A stretch of 61,434 nt of DNA from Candidatus Levybacteria bacterium RIFCSPHIGHO2_01_FULL_38_26 (GTDB taxonomy: Bacteria > Patescibacteriota > Microgenomatia > Levybacterales > UBA12049). The position numbers and the translations under genes were made by a program. The stretch spans positions 1 to 61,434 of the forward strand of contig MFNO01000037.1 of the NCBI GenBank assembly GCA_001782075.1. Direction: 5' to 3'. This document shows, piece by piece, positions 19,075 through 26,357 of this stretch. The notes beneath the pieces are model-generated. The model saw only the letters and a program-made list of their open reading frames with translations, was not told the DNA's origin and did not search any database. The first letter of the stretch is position 1, and each line of letters opens with the position of its first letter.

Positions 19075-21885
19075 ATGTTTAAGCCTGTTTCGCCAAAGGT
19101 AGATTTTCCAAAGCTCGAAGAAGAAATCATAAAATATTGGAAAAAAAACAAAATTTTTGAAAAAACACTAACAAAAGATGCTCCAAAAGGCGAATGGACA
19201 TTTTTAGACGGTCCTCCATTTATAACTGGACTTCCGCATTATGGCAGCTTACTTTCAAGCATCCCTAAAGACCTCTTTCCAAGATTTAAGACAATGAAAG
19301 GATACAGGGTGAGACGAGTATGGGGGTGGGATTGCCACGGTCTTCCTGCTGAGAACAAAGTAGAAGAAAGGCTCGGGATCAGGAGAAAAAAAGATATTGA
19401 GGAAAAATTTGGGATAAAGAAATTTATAGATGAGTGCAAAAGATATGTAGGCGAGGTGTCATCAGAATGGGAATGGTATGTAGATCATGTTGGGAGGTGG
19501 GTAGATTTTAAAAATGCATATAAAACAATGGATTTGTCGTATATGGAGAGCGTGATGTGGGTATTTAAACAAATGTACGAAAAGGAGCTAATCTATAAAG
19601 GTTTAAGAGTGCTTCTCTACTGTCCACATTGTGCGACGCCAATCTCTAACTTCGAGGTTGCGATGGACGCAGACAATTATAAAATACTTCAAGATTTCTC
19701 AACTATCTATAAATATGAACTAACTGATGAGAAAAAAACTTATTTGTTGGCTTGGTCTACGACTCCTTGGAACAAAATAGTTACCCCGGCGCTTGCAGTA
19801 AATCCCGATCTGACTTACATCAAGATAGAGCAGGGAGGAGAAAAATATATTCTGGCAAAATCAACTATAAAAATCCTTAATGAAAAGCCAACTTACAAAT
19901 TGTTGGAAGAGTTTAAGGGGGAAAAACTTATTGGAAAAAAATTCACTCCTCACTTTGATTATTATTCTATTAAAAAAGGAAAAGACGCGTTTGTTGTGGT
20001 CGGCGCTGATTTTGTGGCAGCGGAAGAGGGAACAGGAATAGTTACTCTTGCGGCATATGGCGAGGAGGATTTGCCAGTCCTGCAAGCCAACAACATCCAT
20101 GTCGAGCTGCATTTGGATGAAGAGGGAAACATAAAAAACAATGTGCCTAAATTTGGCGGGATGTATTATCTTAAGGCAAATAAATATGTAAACGAAGATC
20201 TTCTAAAAAGAGATTTAATATACAGTGACAAACAATATTCGCATTCGGTGCCAACGTGTTGGAGGTGCAATACCAGACTTTATCAAGCTCCACAAGACGC
20301 ATGGTATGTTAACGTCCAAAAACTAAAAGAACAGATGAAGAAAACAAACAAAGATATTAATTGGTTTCCAGCGCATTTTAAAGAGGGGAGGTTTTTAAAA
20401 AGTTTGGAAGCTGCTCCTGACTGGAATATATCAAGAAACCGGTATTGGGGATCTCCTGTGCCTGTTTGGGAGTGCGAATGCGGTGAGCGTTTTGTGCCGG
20501 GTTCAATAAAAGAATTAGAGTTAAAGTCTGGCAGAAGGATTTTAGAATTACATAAACCGGAAATAGATGAGGTGGTCATTAAGTGCGATAAATGCGGAAA
20601 GAAAGTTAATAGAGTTGCGGAAGTTTTAGACAGTTGGATAGAAGCAGGTAGTGCATCATTTGGAGAGAGGCATTACCCCTTTGAGAAAAATTTAAAACTC
20701 CAAGAATTTTTTCCACCGGATTTTGTTGTTGAATATACTGGTCAGATTAGGGCCTGGTTTTACGTACTTCATGTTGTCGCGAATGCTCTTTTTGATTCGA
20801 TGGGATTTAAGAATGTGCTTGTTACAGGTGTAATTTTGGGTACAGATGGAAGAAAGATGAGCAAAAACTACGGGAATTATCCTGATCCAAAAGAGATGTT
20901 GAAAAAGTACGGTGGAGACGCCCTTCGTCTTTATCTTCTGGCAACACCAGTTATGAATGGAGAAGACATTTTAATTTCTGAGGAACAGTATAGAAATCAG
21001 GTCAAAGGAATGCTTTTGATTCTATGGAATGTTTACAATTTTTTTGTAACTTATGCAAATCTTGCGAAATGGAATTGTGATTTAGAAAGTTCCGATTTGA
21101 CCGTGCTTGACAGATGGATTCTTGCAAGACTTACGGAGCTTGTTTTAGAAACTAACAAGAATTTAGAGAACTATAATACTATAGCTTCGATAAAATCTAT
21201 CGAAAGCTTTATCATTAACGATTTTTCGACTTGGTATATCAGAAGGTCGAGAGACCGTGTGAATATAAACTCTTCGGAAAAAGACAGAAATAATGCTTTT
21301 TCAGTAATGTACGGAGTTTTGGTTACGTTGTCAAAGCTAATAGCGCCAATTACGCCGTTTATTTCCGAAGAAATTTATCGAAATCTTACTGGTGGTGAAT
21401 CTGTTCATCTAGAAAATTATCCGAAAGGAGATGAGAGCTTGAAAGATGAAAAACTGATACTGAATATGCAAAAAGTAAGAAAGATAGTCGAAATGGGCCA
21501 CGCCAAAAGAAAAGAATTGGGAATAAAGGTAAGGCAACCTCTTGCAGAATTCAGAATTCAGAATTCAGAATTCAGAATTGACGAAGAATTAACTACCTTA
21601 ATTAAAGATGAATTAAATGTTAAGAAGATTGAGTTTAATGAAGGGAGAGGAGAGTTATCTGTTCAATTTGATACAAATATAACTGCGGAATTGAAAGACG
21701 AGGGGTTGGCGAGAGATATTGTTAGGCAAATTCAAGAAGAAAGAAAGAAGATTGGGACATCGTTAAACGAGAAAGTTGATGTAGTTTTGAGTAATTGGCC
21801 AAAGAATTTTGAAAGATATATTAAAAGCAAAGCATTTGTGGCAAGGCTGGAGAAGGGAGAAGATTTTAAAGTAAAAAGGTCATGA
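19075..21885 (+). CDS. ileS: isoleucine--tRNA ligase
   Basis: HIGH-type PHYGSLL, KMSKN (KMSKS), WNISRNRYWGSPVPVW, CP1 editing region. 936 aa. Confidence 0.93.
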   Translation: MFKPVSPKVDFPKLEEEIIKYWKKNKIFEKTLTKDAPKGEWTFLDGPPFITGLPHYGSLLSSIPKDLFPRFKTMKGYRVRRVWGWDCHGLPAENKVEERLGIRRKKDIEEKFGIKKFIDECKRYVGEVSSEWEWYVDHVGRWVDFKNAYKTMDLSYMESVMWVFKQMYEKELIYKGLRVLLYCPHCATPISNFEVAMDADNYKILQDFSTIYKYELTDEKKTYLLAWSTTPWNKIVTPALAVNPDLTYIKIEQGGEKYILAKSTIKILNEKPTYKLLEEFKGEKLIGKKFTPHFDYYSIKKGKDAFVVVGADFVAAEEGTGIVTLAAYGEEDLPVLQANNIHVELHLDEEGNIKNNVPKFGGMYYLKANKYVNEDLLKRDLIYSDKQYSHSVPTCWRCNTRLYQAPQDAWYVNVQKLKEQMKKTNKDINWFPAHFKEGRFLKSLEAAPDWNISRNRYWGSPVPVWECECGERFVPGSIKELELKSGRRILELHKPEIDEVVIKCDKCGKKVNRVAEVLDSWIEAGSASFGERHYPFEKNLKLQEFFPPDFVVEYTGQIRAWFYVLHVVANALFDSMGFKNVLVTGVILGTDGRKMSKNYGNYPDPKEMLKKYGGDALRLYLLATPVMNGEDILISEEQYRNQVKGMLLILWNVYNFFVTYANLAKWNCDLESSDLTVLDRWILARLTELVLETNKNLENYNTIASIKSIESFIINDFSTWYIRRSRDRVNINSSEKDRNNAFSVMYGVLVTLSKLIAPITPFISEEIYRNLTGGESVHLENYPKGDESLKDEKLILNMQKVRKIVEMGHAKRKELGIKVRQPLAEFRIQNSEFRIDEELTTLIKDELNVKKIEFNEGRGELSVQFDTNITAELKDEGLARDIVRQIQEERKKIGTSLNEKVDVVLSNWPKNFERYIKSKAFVARLEKGEDFKVKRS
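21545..21579 (+). repeat. perfect heptanucleotide tandem repeat (CAGAATT)x5, giving 4 overlapping EcoRI sites, in frame inside ileS
   Basis: Read directly. It encodes AEFRIQNSEFRID. Confidence 0.95.
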
Positions 21886-22961
21886 AGAAAAGTTTTTTTT
21901 TTGGGATTGACTGGGGAATGATCTTGCCTGCTATTGTTTTGGTGAGTCTTGGACTAACAGCAATTTTTTCTATAAATCCCGATCTATTTAGAAGTCAATT
22001 ACTTTTTTTTATCCTAGCTATCATTTTTTTCTTAATTTTCTCTCAAGTTAATTATAAAATTTTAGAAAATAATAGTAGAGCTATATACGTTATTTCGATT
22101 ATTTTATTGATATTAATTTTAATTGTGGGCGTTGAAAGTAGAGGAGCGGTAAGGTGGTTTGAGTTTTTTGGACTTAGGATTCAATTTTCAGAGATAGTAA
22201 AACCTTTTTTCGCGGTTGCGCTTTCTTCGTTTCTTCTGAGGAAAGAGAATAGTTCTTTAACTCACTTTATTCTTTCGATTATTTTTGTAGTTCCTCTTGC
22301 GATTTTAATTTTTTTACAACCTGATTTAGGAAACGCGATAATCTACGTTGTGGTAACATTTTTTACAATGATATTTTTTGGTTTTCCTATTCGTTACTTC
22401 CTGGGAAGTTTTTTATTGTTTGTCGCCTCACTGCCTTTTTTTTGGAATTTTTTACATCAATATCAAAAACAAAGAGTTTTTAGCTTTATTAATCCAACAG
22501 ATACGCTTGGTATTTCATATAATGCTATCCAGTCCAGTATCGCAGTTGGGTCAGGAATGCTTTTTGGAAGAGGATTTGGAGAAGGAACACAATCAGTATT
22601 AAAATTTTTACCGGAAAGACATACTGACTTCATCTACGCTGCTCTTGCTGAAAGCTTAGGTTTTGTTGGGGCAGGGGTTGTTGTTTTGTGTTTTGGGATC
22701 TTACTTTATAGAATTTATATCGTGTCTATTAGAGTTGATGACCAGTTTTGTAGGGTGTTTTGCGCCGCATCATTTTTTCTTATTCTTTCTCAGTTTTTTA
22801 TAAACACGGCAATGAATATGGGATTTCTGCCAATCGTTGGGATAGCATTGCCTTTTGTTTCATATGGAGGTAGTTCTCTTTTATCAAATTTTGTGCTATT
22901 GGGACTGCTTTCGTCTATCAGTAGGTCAGGGATTTCACCAAGAGTCTTGGAAATAAAGTAA
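21882..22961 (+). CDS. FtsW/RodA/SpoVE-family peptidoglycan glycosyltransferase
   Basis: 10-TM profile, motif PERHTDFIY. ATGA overlap with ileS. Confidence 0.85.
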   Translation: MKKSFFFGIDWGMILPAIVLVSLGLTAIFSINPDLFRSQLLFFILAIIFFLIFSQVNYKILENNSRAIYVISIILLILILIVGVESRGAVRWFEFFGLRIQFSEIVKPFFAVALSSFLLRKENSSLTHFILSIIFVVPLAILIFLQPDLGNAIIYVVVTFFTMIFFGFPIRYFLGSFLLFVASLPFFWNFLHQYQKQRVFSFINPTDTLGISYNAIQSSIAVGSGMLFGRGFGEGTQSVLKFLPERHTDFIYAALAESLGFVGAGVVVLCFGILLYRIYIVSIRVDDQFCRVFCAASFFLILSQFFINTAMNMGFLPIVGIALPFVSYGGSSLLSNFVLLGLLSSISRSGISPRVLEIK

Positions 22962-22975
22962 AAAGTTGGTATAAT
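22947..22975 (+). promoter_or_regulatory. putative promoter (TTGGAA-N17-TGgTATAAT) abutting the rplU start codon
   Basis: The -10 ends 8 nt before ATG 22984. No Shine-Dalgarno sequence lies between them. Confidence 0.35.
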
Positions 22976-22983
22976 ACATTTTT

Positions 22984-23325
22984 ATGGAGTACGCAGTTAT
23001 AAAAATTGGCGGTAAACAATATAGAGTTTCAAAAGGGGATATCGTGGAAGTAGATAAACAAAAGCCTAAGACAGATGGGACAGCGCAGCTGGATCAGGTA
23101 TTGCTTTTGGTATCTGGCAGTAAGGTTAAAATAGGCAAGCCAAAAATTGACAATGTAAAAGTTAAGGCAAAAATACTTGGAGAGAAAAAAGGAAGAAAAA
23201 TAAGGGTGGCAAAATTTAAATCAAAGGTAAGATATAGAAAAGTAATTGGTTTTAGACCTGTTTTCACCCGTTTGCAGATCATGGAGATAGAATTCAAAAC
23301 AAGATCATCAGACTCACATGGATGA
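22984..23325 (+). CDS. rplU: 50S ribosomal protein L21
   Basis: MEYAVIKIGGKQYRVSKGD N-terminus typical of bL21. Confidence 0.9.
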   Translation: MEYAVIKIGGKQYRVSKGDIVEVDKQKPKTDGTAQLDQVLLLVSGSKVKIGKPKIDNVKVKAKILGEKKGRKIRVAKFKSKVRYRKVIGFRPVFTRLQIMEIEFKTRSSDSHG

Positions 23326-23333
23326 TCTATTTT
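23303..23333 (+). terminator. weak hairpin (GATCATC-N11-GATGATC) plus TATTTT overlapping the rplU stop
   Basis: 7-bp stem read directly. The large loop and short U-tract make this at best a partial terminator. Confidence 0.25.
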
Positions 23334-23340
23334 GATCCTC

Positions 23341-23369
23341 TTGACATCTGTGAAAAATTAACGTAAGAT
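23341..23369 (+). promoter_or_regulatory. putative promoter for rpmA-parB (TTGACA-N17-TAAGAT)
   Basis: Consensus -35 at 23341-23346 and -10 at 23364-23369. GGAGG RBS follows. Confidence 0.4.
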
Positions 23370-23396
23370 AATAAAAATTTTCACGGAGGTAAAAAT

Positions 23397-23648
23397 ATGG
23401 CACATACAAAAGCGCAGGGCTCTGTTAAAGGTAATAGAGATTCTATATCCAAAAGACTTGGAGTAAAACTTTATGGTGGACAAAGAGCTAAAGTTGGAAA
23501 TATTATAGCCAGGCAGAAGGGCACTAATTTTTTTCCTGGAAGTGGCGTTTCTATGGGAAGAGACTTTACGCTTTTTGCAATACAGGATGGAACTGTAAAG
23601 TTTAAAAATTTGAAAGGAAAAAAGATCGTAGAAATAGAGAATCTATAA
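23397..23648 (+). CDS. rpmA: 50S ribosomal protein L27
   Basis: [17 protein letters not shown]-terminus typical of bL27. Confidence 0.92.
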   Translation: MAHTKAQGSVKGNRDSISKRLGVKLYGGQRAKVGNIIARQKGTNFFPGSGVSMGRDFTLFAIQDGTVKFKNLKGKKIVEIENL

Positions 23649-23649
23649 C

Positions 23650-24495
23650 ATGGATAACCAAGAAAAGATTTTTGAGCTCGAAGTTGCTTTGCTTCAATCA
23701 AACCCCTTGCAGCCAAGAGGCGTAATAAGTGCAGAATCTCTAAATGATCTTGTCGGGTCGATAAGGGAGCAGGGAATTTTGGAGCCTTTGGTAATAGCGA
23801 AAACCCCCGCTGGCTATCAGATAATTGCAGGAGAAAGACGCTGGCGAGCAGCTAAAATATTGGGCTTTGCTAAAGTTCCGGTAGTTGTTAAAGAAACAAC
23901 CCCCCAGGGTATGCTTGAAATGTCTATTGTCGAAAATGTTCAGCGCGAGGATTTAAATCCAATAGAAAAAGCGCTTGCATACAAAAGGCTAATTGAGGAA
24001 TTTGGTCTTGGTACTAACGATGTTGCAAGGAGGGTTGGAAAAAGCTCTCCGACTATTTCAAATACCATAAGATTATTATCTTTGCCCGATGCTATTAAAG
24101 ATGCTTTGGTGGCAGGCGTGATTACCGAAGGACACGTCAGACCGCTTATTTCCTTGGGTGATCCAAGATTAATGCTTGATTTATTTAAAAAAATCCTGCG
24201 CGAAAACAGTACTGTTCGACAAACTGAGGAATTGGCTCGACAGATAAAAAGCGAGGTTGAGAAAAGAGAACCAAGAACTCCAAGCGACAGAATTTGGTCT
24301 TCAGAGCAAAAAGATATGGAGTCTAAAGTCAAAGAAAAATATGACTTGGACAAAGTTGATTATTATCAGTCAGGGAAGGTCGGAAGAGTGACACTTGTTA
24401 TGAAGGGTGACGAGGTAAAGACTAGCAAGTTCTTTAGAAGTATATCTGATATACTCCTCTCTCATACAAAAGATCAGTTGAAAAAAGCCGCTTAG
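23650..24495 (+). CDS. parB: ParB/Spo0J-family partition protein
   Basis: ParB box IIAGERRWRAAK and an HTH region. It starts 1 nt after the rpmA stop. Confidence 0.85.
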   Translation: MDNQEKIFELEVALLQSNPLQPRGVISAESLNDLVGSIREQGILEPLVIAKTPAGYQIIAGERRWRAAKILGFAKVPVVVKETTPQGMLEMSIVENVQREDLNPIEKALAYKRLIEEFGLGTNDVARRVGKSSPTISNTIRLLSLPDAIKDALVAGVITEGHVRPLISLGDPRLMLDLFKKILRENSTVRQTEELARQIKSEVEKREPRTPSDRIWSSEQKDMESKVKEKYDLDKVDYYQSGKVGRVTLVMKGDEVKTSKFFRSISDILLSHTKDQLKKAA

Positions 24496-24498
24496 CGT

Positions 24499-25101
24499 TT
24501 AATTGTAAGGATTCCTTACTAAGCCCATTGATCCTGGCGGCCAGTAAATAAAAAACGATTTACCAATAATTAGTCTTCTATCAACAAAACCCCATTCTCT
24601 AGAATCTGAACTATTTAATCTATTGTCTCCCAGTACAAAAAATTCGTCTTTATTTGTTTTTACTTCTTGATTTTCTTTAATAAATGTTCCAGGTTTTGTC
24701 TGAATAGACGCGTTAAGGTATGAACTTTCATCAAGCAGTTTGCCATTAATATAAACATTTCCACTTTTTATTAATATAGTATCTCCAGGGATCCCGATTA
24801 CCCTTTTTATGAAATCCCTGTCTGGATTTGCCGGTGATTTAAATACTATTACGTCTCCAAGTTTAACATCTTCGAAGTGAAGCCCGATTATATTTGTAAT
24901 TACATACTCTTTGTCGTGAAAATTTGGATACATGGAATTGCCGTTGACCTGGAAGGGACGAAATAAAAAAACATAAATTACCAAGAATACAGCCGCGGCT
25001 AAAAGAAGAGTTTGGATAATATCAAGAAAGAATGAATAGATTTTGCGAAGTATGTCAAGAACCATGAATTGTATTCTCTTAAATTCTACAAGTTTTGTCA
25101 A
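24499..25101 (-). CDS. lepB: signal peptidase I
   Basis: GNSMYP (catalytic Ser), KRVIGIPGD (catalytic Lys), GDNRLNSSDSR. Confidence 0.9.
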   Translation of the reverse strand: MTKLVEFKRIQFMVLDILRKIYSFFLDIIQTLLLAAAVFLVIYVFLFRPFQVNGNSMYPNFHDKEYVITNIIGLHFEDVKLGDVIVFKSPANPDRDFIKRVIGIPGDTILIKSGNVYINGKLLDESSYLNASIQTKPGTFIKENQEVKTNKDEFFVLGDNRLNSSDSREWGFVDRRLIIGKSFFIYWPPGSMGLVRNPYN

Positions 25102-25123
25102 TGAGCTAGATTTATGCTAAGAT
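25095..25123 (+). promoter_or_regulatory. putative promoter for the tRNA-Thr/Val locus (TTGTCA-N17-TGcTAAGAT)
   Basis: -35 at 25095-25100, extended -10 at 25115-25123. The predicted start lies a few nt before 25134. Confidence 0.4.
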
Positions 25124-25153
25124 ATTTGAAATCGGACTCGTGGTTCAGTGGTA

Positions 25154-25256
25154 GACCCGCCTGCACTGGCCGATTGGCTCAGTTGGTTAGAGCGCTTCAT
25201 TCACATTGAAGAGGCCGGAGGTTCGAATCCTCCATCGGCCACAGTTATGGCGGGCA
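25154..25256 (+). other. intervening sequence in the tRNA-Thr D-loop: GA-CCCGCC-TGCACT-[tRNA-Val]-CAGTTAT-GGCGGG-CA
   Basis: A 6-bp GC clamp (25156-25161 with 25249-25254) encloses the nested tRNA. Confidence 0.6.
25168..25241 (+). tRNA. tRNA-Val(CAC), canonical 74-nt cloverleaf nested inside the tRNA-Thr gene
   Basis: GGCCGAT TG GCTC AGTTGGTTA GAGC G CTTCA TTCACAT TGAAG AGGCC GGAGG TTCGAAT CCTCC ATCGGCC A. Confidence 0.9.
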
Positions 25257-25313
25257 GGACGTCTCGTTCGTATCGAGAAGGTCGAAGGTTCGATCCCTTC
25301 CGAGTCCACCGCG

Positions 25314-26357
25314 ATGACAATTCTTTTTTTCTCCCGTCTATTTCTTCCTCATATTGGTGGAGTTGAAAAACATGTATTTGAATTGAGTAAAGAATTAATA
25401 AAAAAAAATTACAAAATTATAGTCGTGACAGAAAAAAATCAGTTGAATAACTCGAGTGCTAAAATCACGGGTGAAATAGACGGCATAAAAATTTACAGAA
25501 TCGATGCGGGCGGTGAAAATGTTTTTAAAAAGTTTAGGGTTTGGTGGTGGTTATGGCAGAATAGACACTTAATTGAAAATGCAGACATTGTTCATTGTCA
25601 TGACGTGTTTTTTTGGTATATCCCTTTTCGATTTTTATATCCCAACAAGCCAATCTACACAACTTTTCATGGATACGAAACAAAATTTCCTCCGTCAAAA
25701 AAAGCTATTTTTATACGTAAGGTCAGTGAGAGACTGTCTTGGGGAAATATTTGCGTTGGAGATTATATCAAAAAATGGTATGGAACAAGGCCTAACTTAG
25801 TAACTTACGGCGGAGTTGATATCGGAAAAATCCGAAATTTGAATATCGAAATTCGAAACAAAATCAAAATTTTATTTATCGGAAGATTAGAAAAAGATAC
25901 GGGAGTTTTAAATTATTTAAAGGTTTTGGAACTAATGAGAAAGAGAAAAATTAAATTTGATCTTGAAGCGTGTGGAGATGGTAGTTTGAAAAAAATGGTT
26001 GAGGACTATGGGAAAGTGAATGGATTCGTAGATGATTTAAACACCTACATAGAGAAAGCAGATATTGTTTTTGCGAGTTCATACTTGTCAATTCTTGAGG
26101 CAATGGCTGCCAAAAAACTGGTTTTTTGTGCATATGATAACAAGCTTAAAGAGGATTATCTCAAAATGTCGCCTTTTGCAAAATGGATTGTGATCGAAGA
26201 TTCTTCGACTAAACTTTCCGATAAAGTTTGGTATTTTATACAGCATAAAAAAGAGAAAGATAAAGTTGTCCATGATGCTTATGAATGGGTAAAAAAGCAG
26301 ACATGGAAGAAAGTGGCAGATCGTTATATTAATCTTTGGGGGCTGCAAATCTTATGA
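25314..26357 (+). CDS. GT4-family (GT-B) glycosyltransferase
   Basis: N-terminus MTILFFSRLFLPHIGGVEKH is typical of GT4. The ORF-track N-terminal extension from 25206 is a read-through of the tRNA genes. Confidence 0.85.
   Translation: MTILFFSRLFLPHIGGVEKHVFELSKELIKKNYKIIVVTEKNQLNNSSAKITGEIDGIKIYRIDAGGENVFKKFRVWWWLWQNRHLIENADIVHCHDVFFWYIPFRFLYPNKPIYTTFHGYETKFPPSKKAIFIRKVSERLSWGNICVGDYIKKWYGTRPNLVTYGGVDIGKIRNLNIEIRNKIKILFIGRLEKDTGVLNYLKVLELMRKRKIKFDLEACGDGSLKKMVEDYGKVNGFVDDLNTYIEKADIVFASSYLSILEAMAAKKLVFCAYDNKLKEDYLKMSPFAKWIVIEDSSTKLSDKVWYFIQHKKEKDKVVHDAYEWVKKQTWKKVADRYINLWGLQIL

Larger units (their letters stand above)
25134..25308 (+). tRNA. tRNA-Thr(CGU) gene interrupted in its D-loop by a 103-nt insert (25154-25256)
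   Basis: The 5' part 25134-25153 reads GGACTCG TG GTTC AGTGGTA. The 3' part 25257-25308 reads GGAC G TCTCG TTCGTAT CGAGA AGGTC GAAGG TTCGATC CCTTC CGAGTCC A. Joined, they fold into a canonical 72-nt cloverleaf with a 7/7 Watson-Crick acceptor stem. Confidence 0.6.

Noticed and set aside
21882-21885. Alternative genetic code with UGA recoding, as in some candidate phyla
   Set aside because: TGA closes well-conserved proteins in ATGA overlaps at their expected C-termini (ileS/rodA-family gene, gatA/gatB, pyrD/CE4 deacetylase, GT4/GT2). The standard code 11 fits.
25154-25256. Possibility that the tRNA-Thr insert is an archaeal-type bulge-helix-bulge (BHB) intron
   Set aside because: The junctions do not form two 3-nt bulges separated by a 4-bp helix. 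The only clear helix is a 6-bp CCCGCC/GGCGGG clamp, with 2 nt between it and each junction.
25148-25366. ORF-track ORF (72 aa), and the N-terminal 36 codons of the 25206..26357 ORF
   Set aside because: They are translations straight through the tRNA-Thr/tRNA-Val genes. The GT4 protein has a typical N-terminus starting at ATG 25314.
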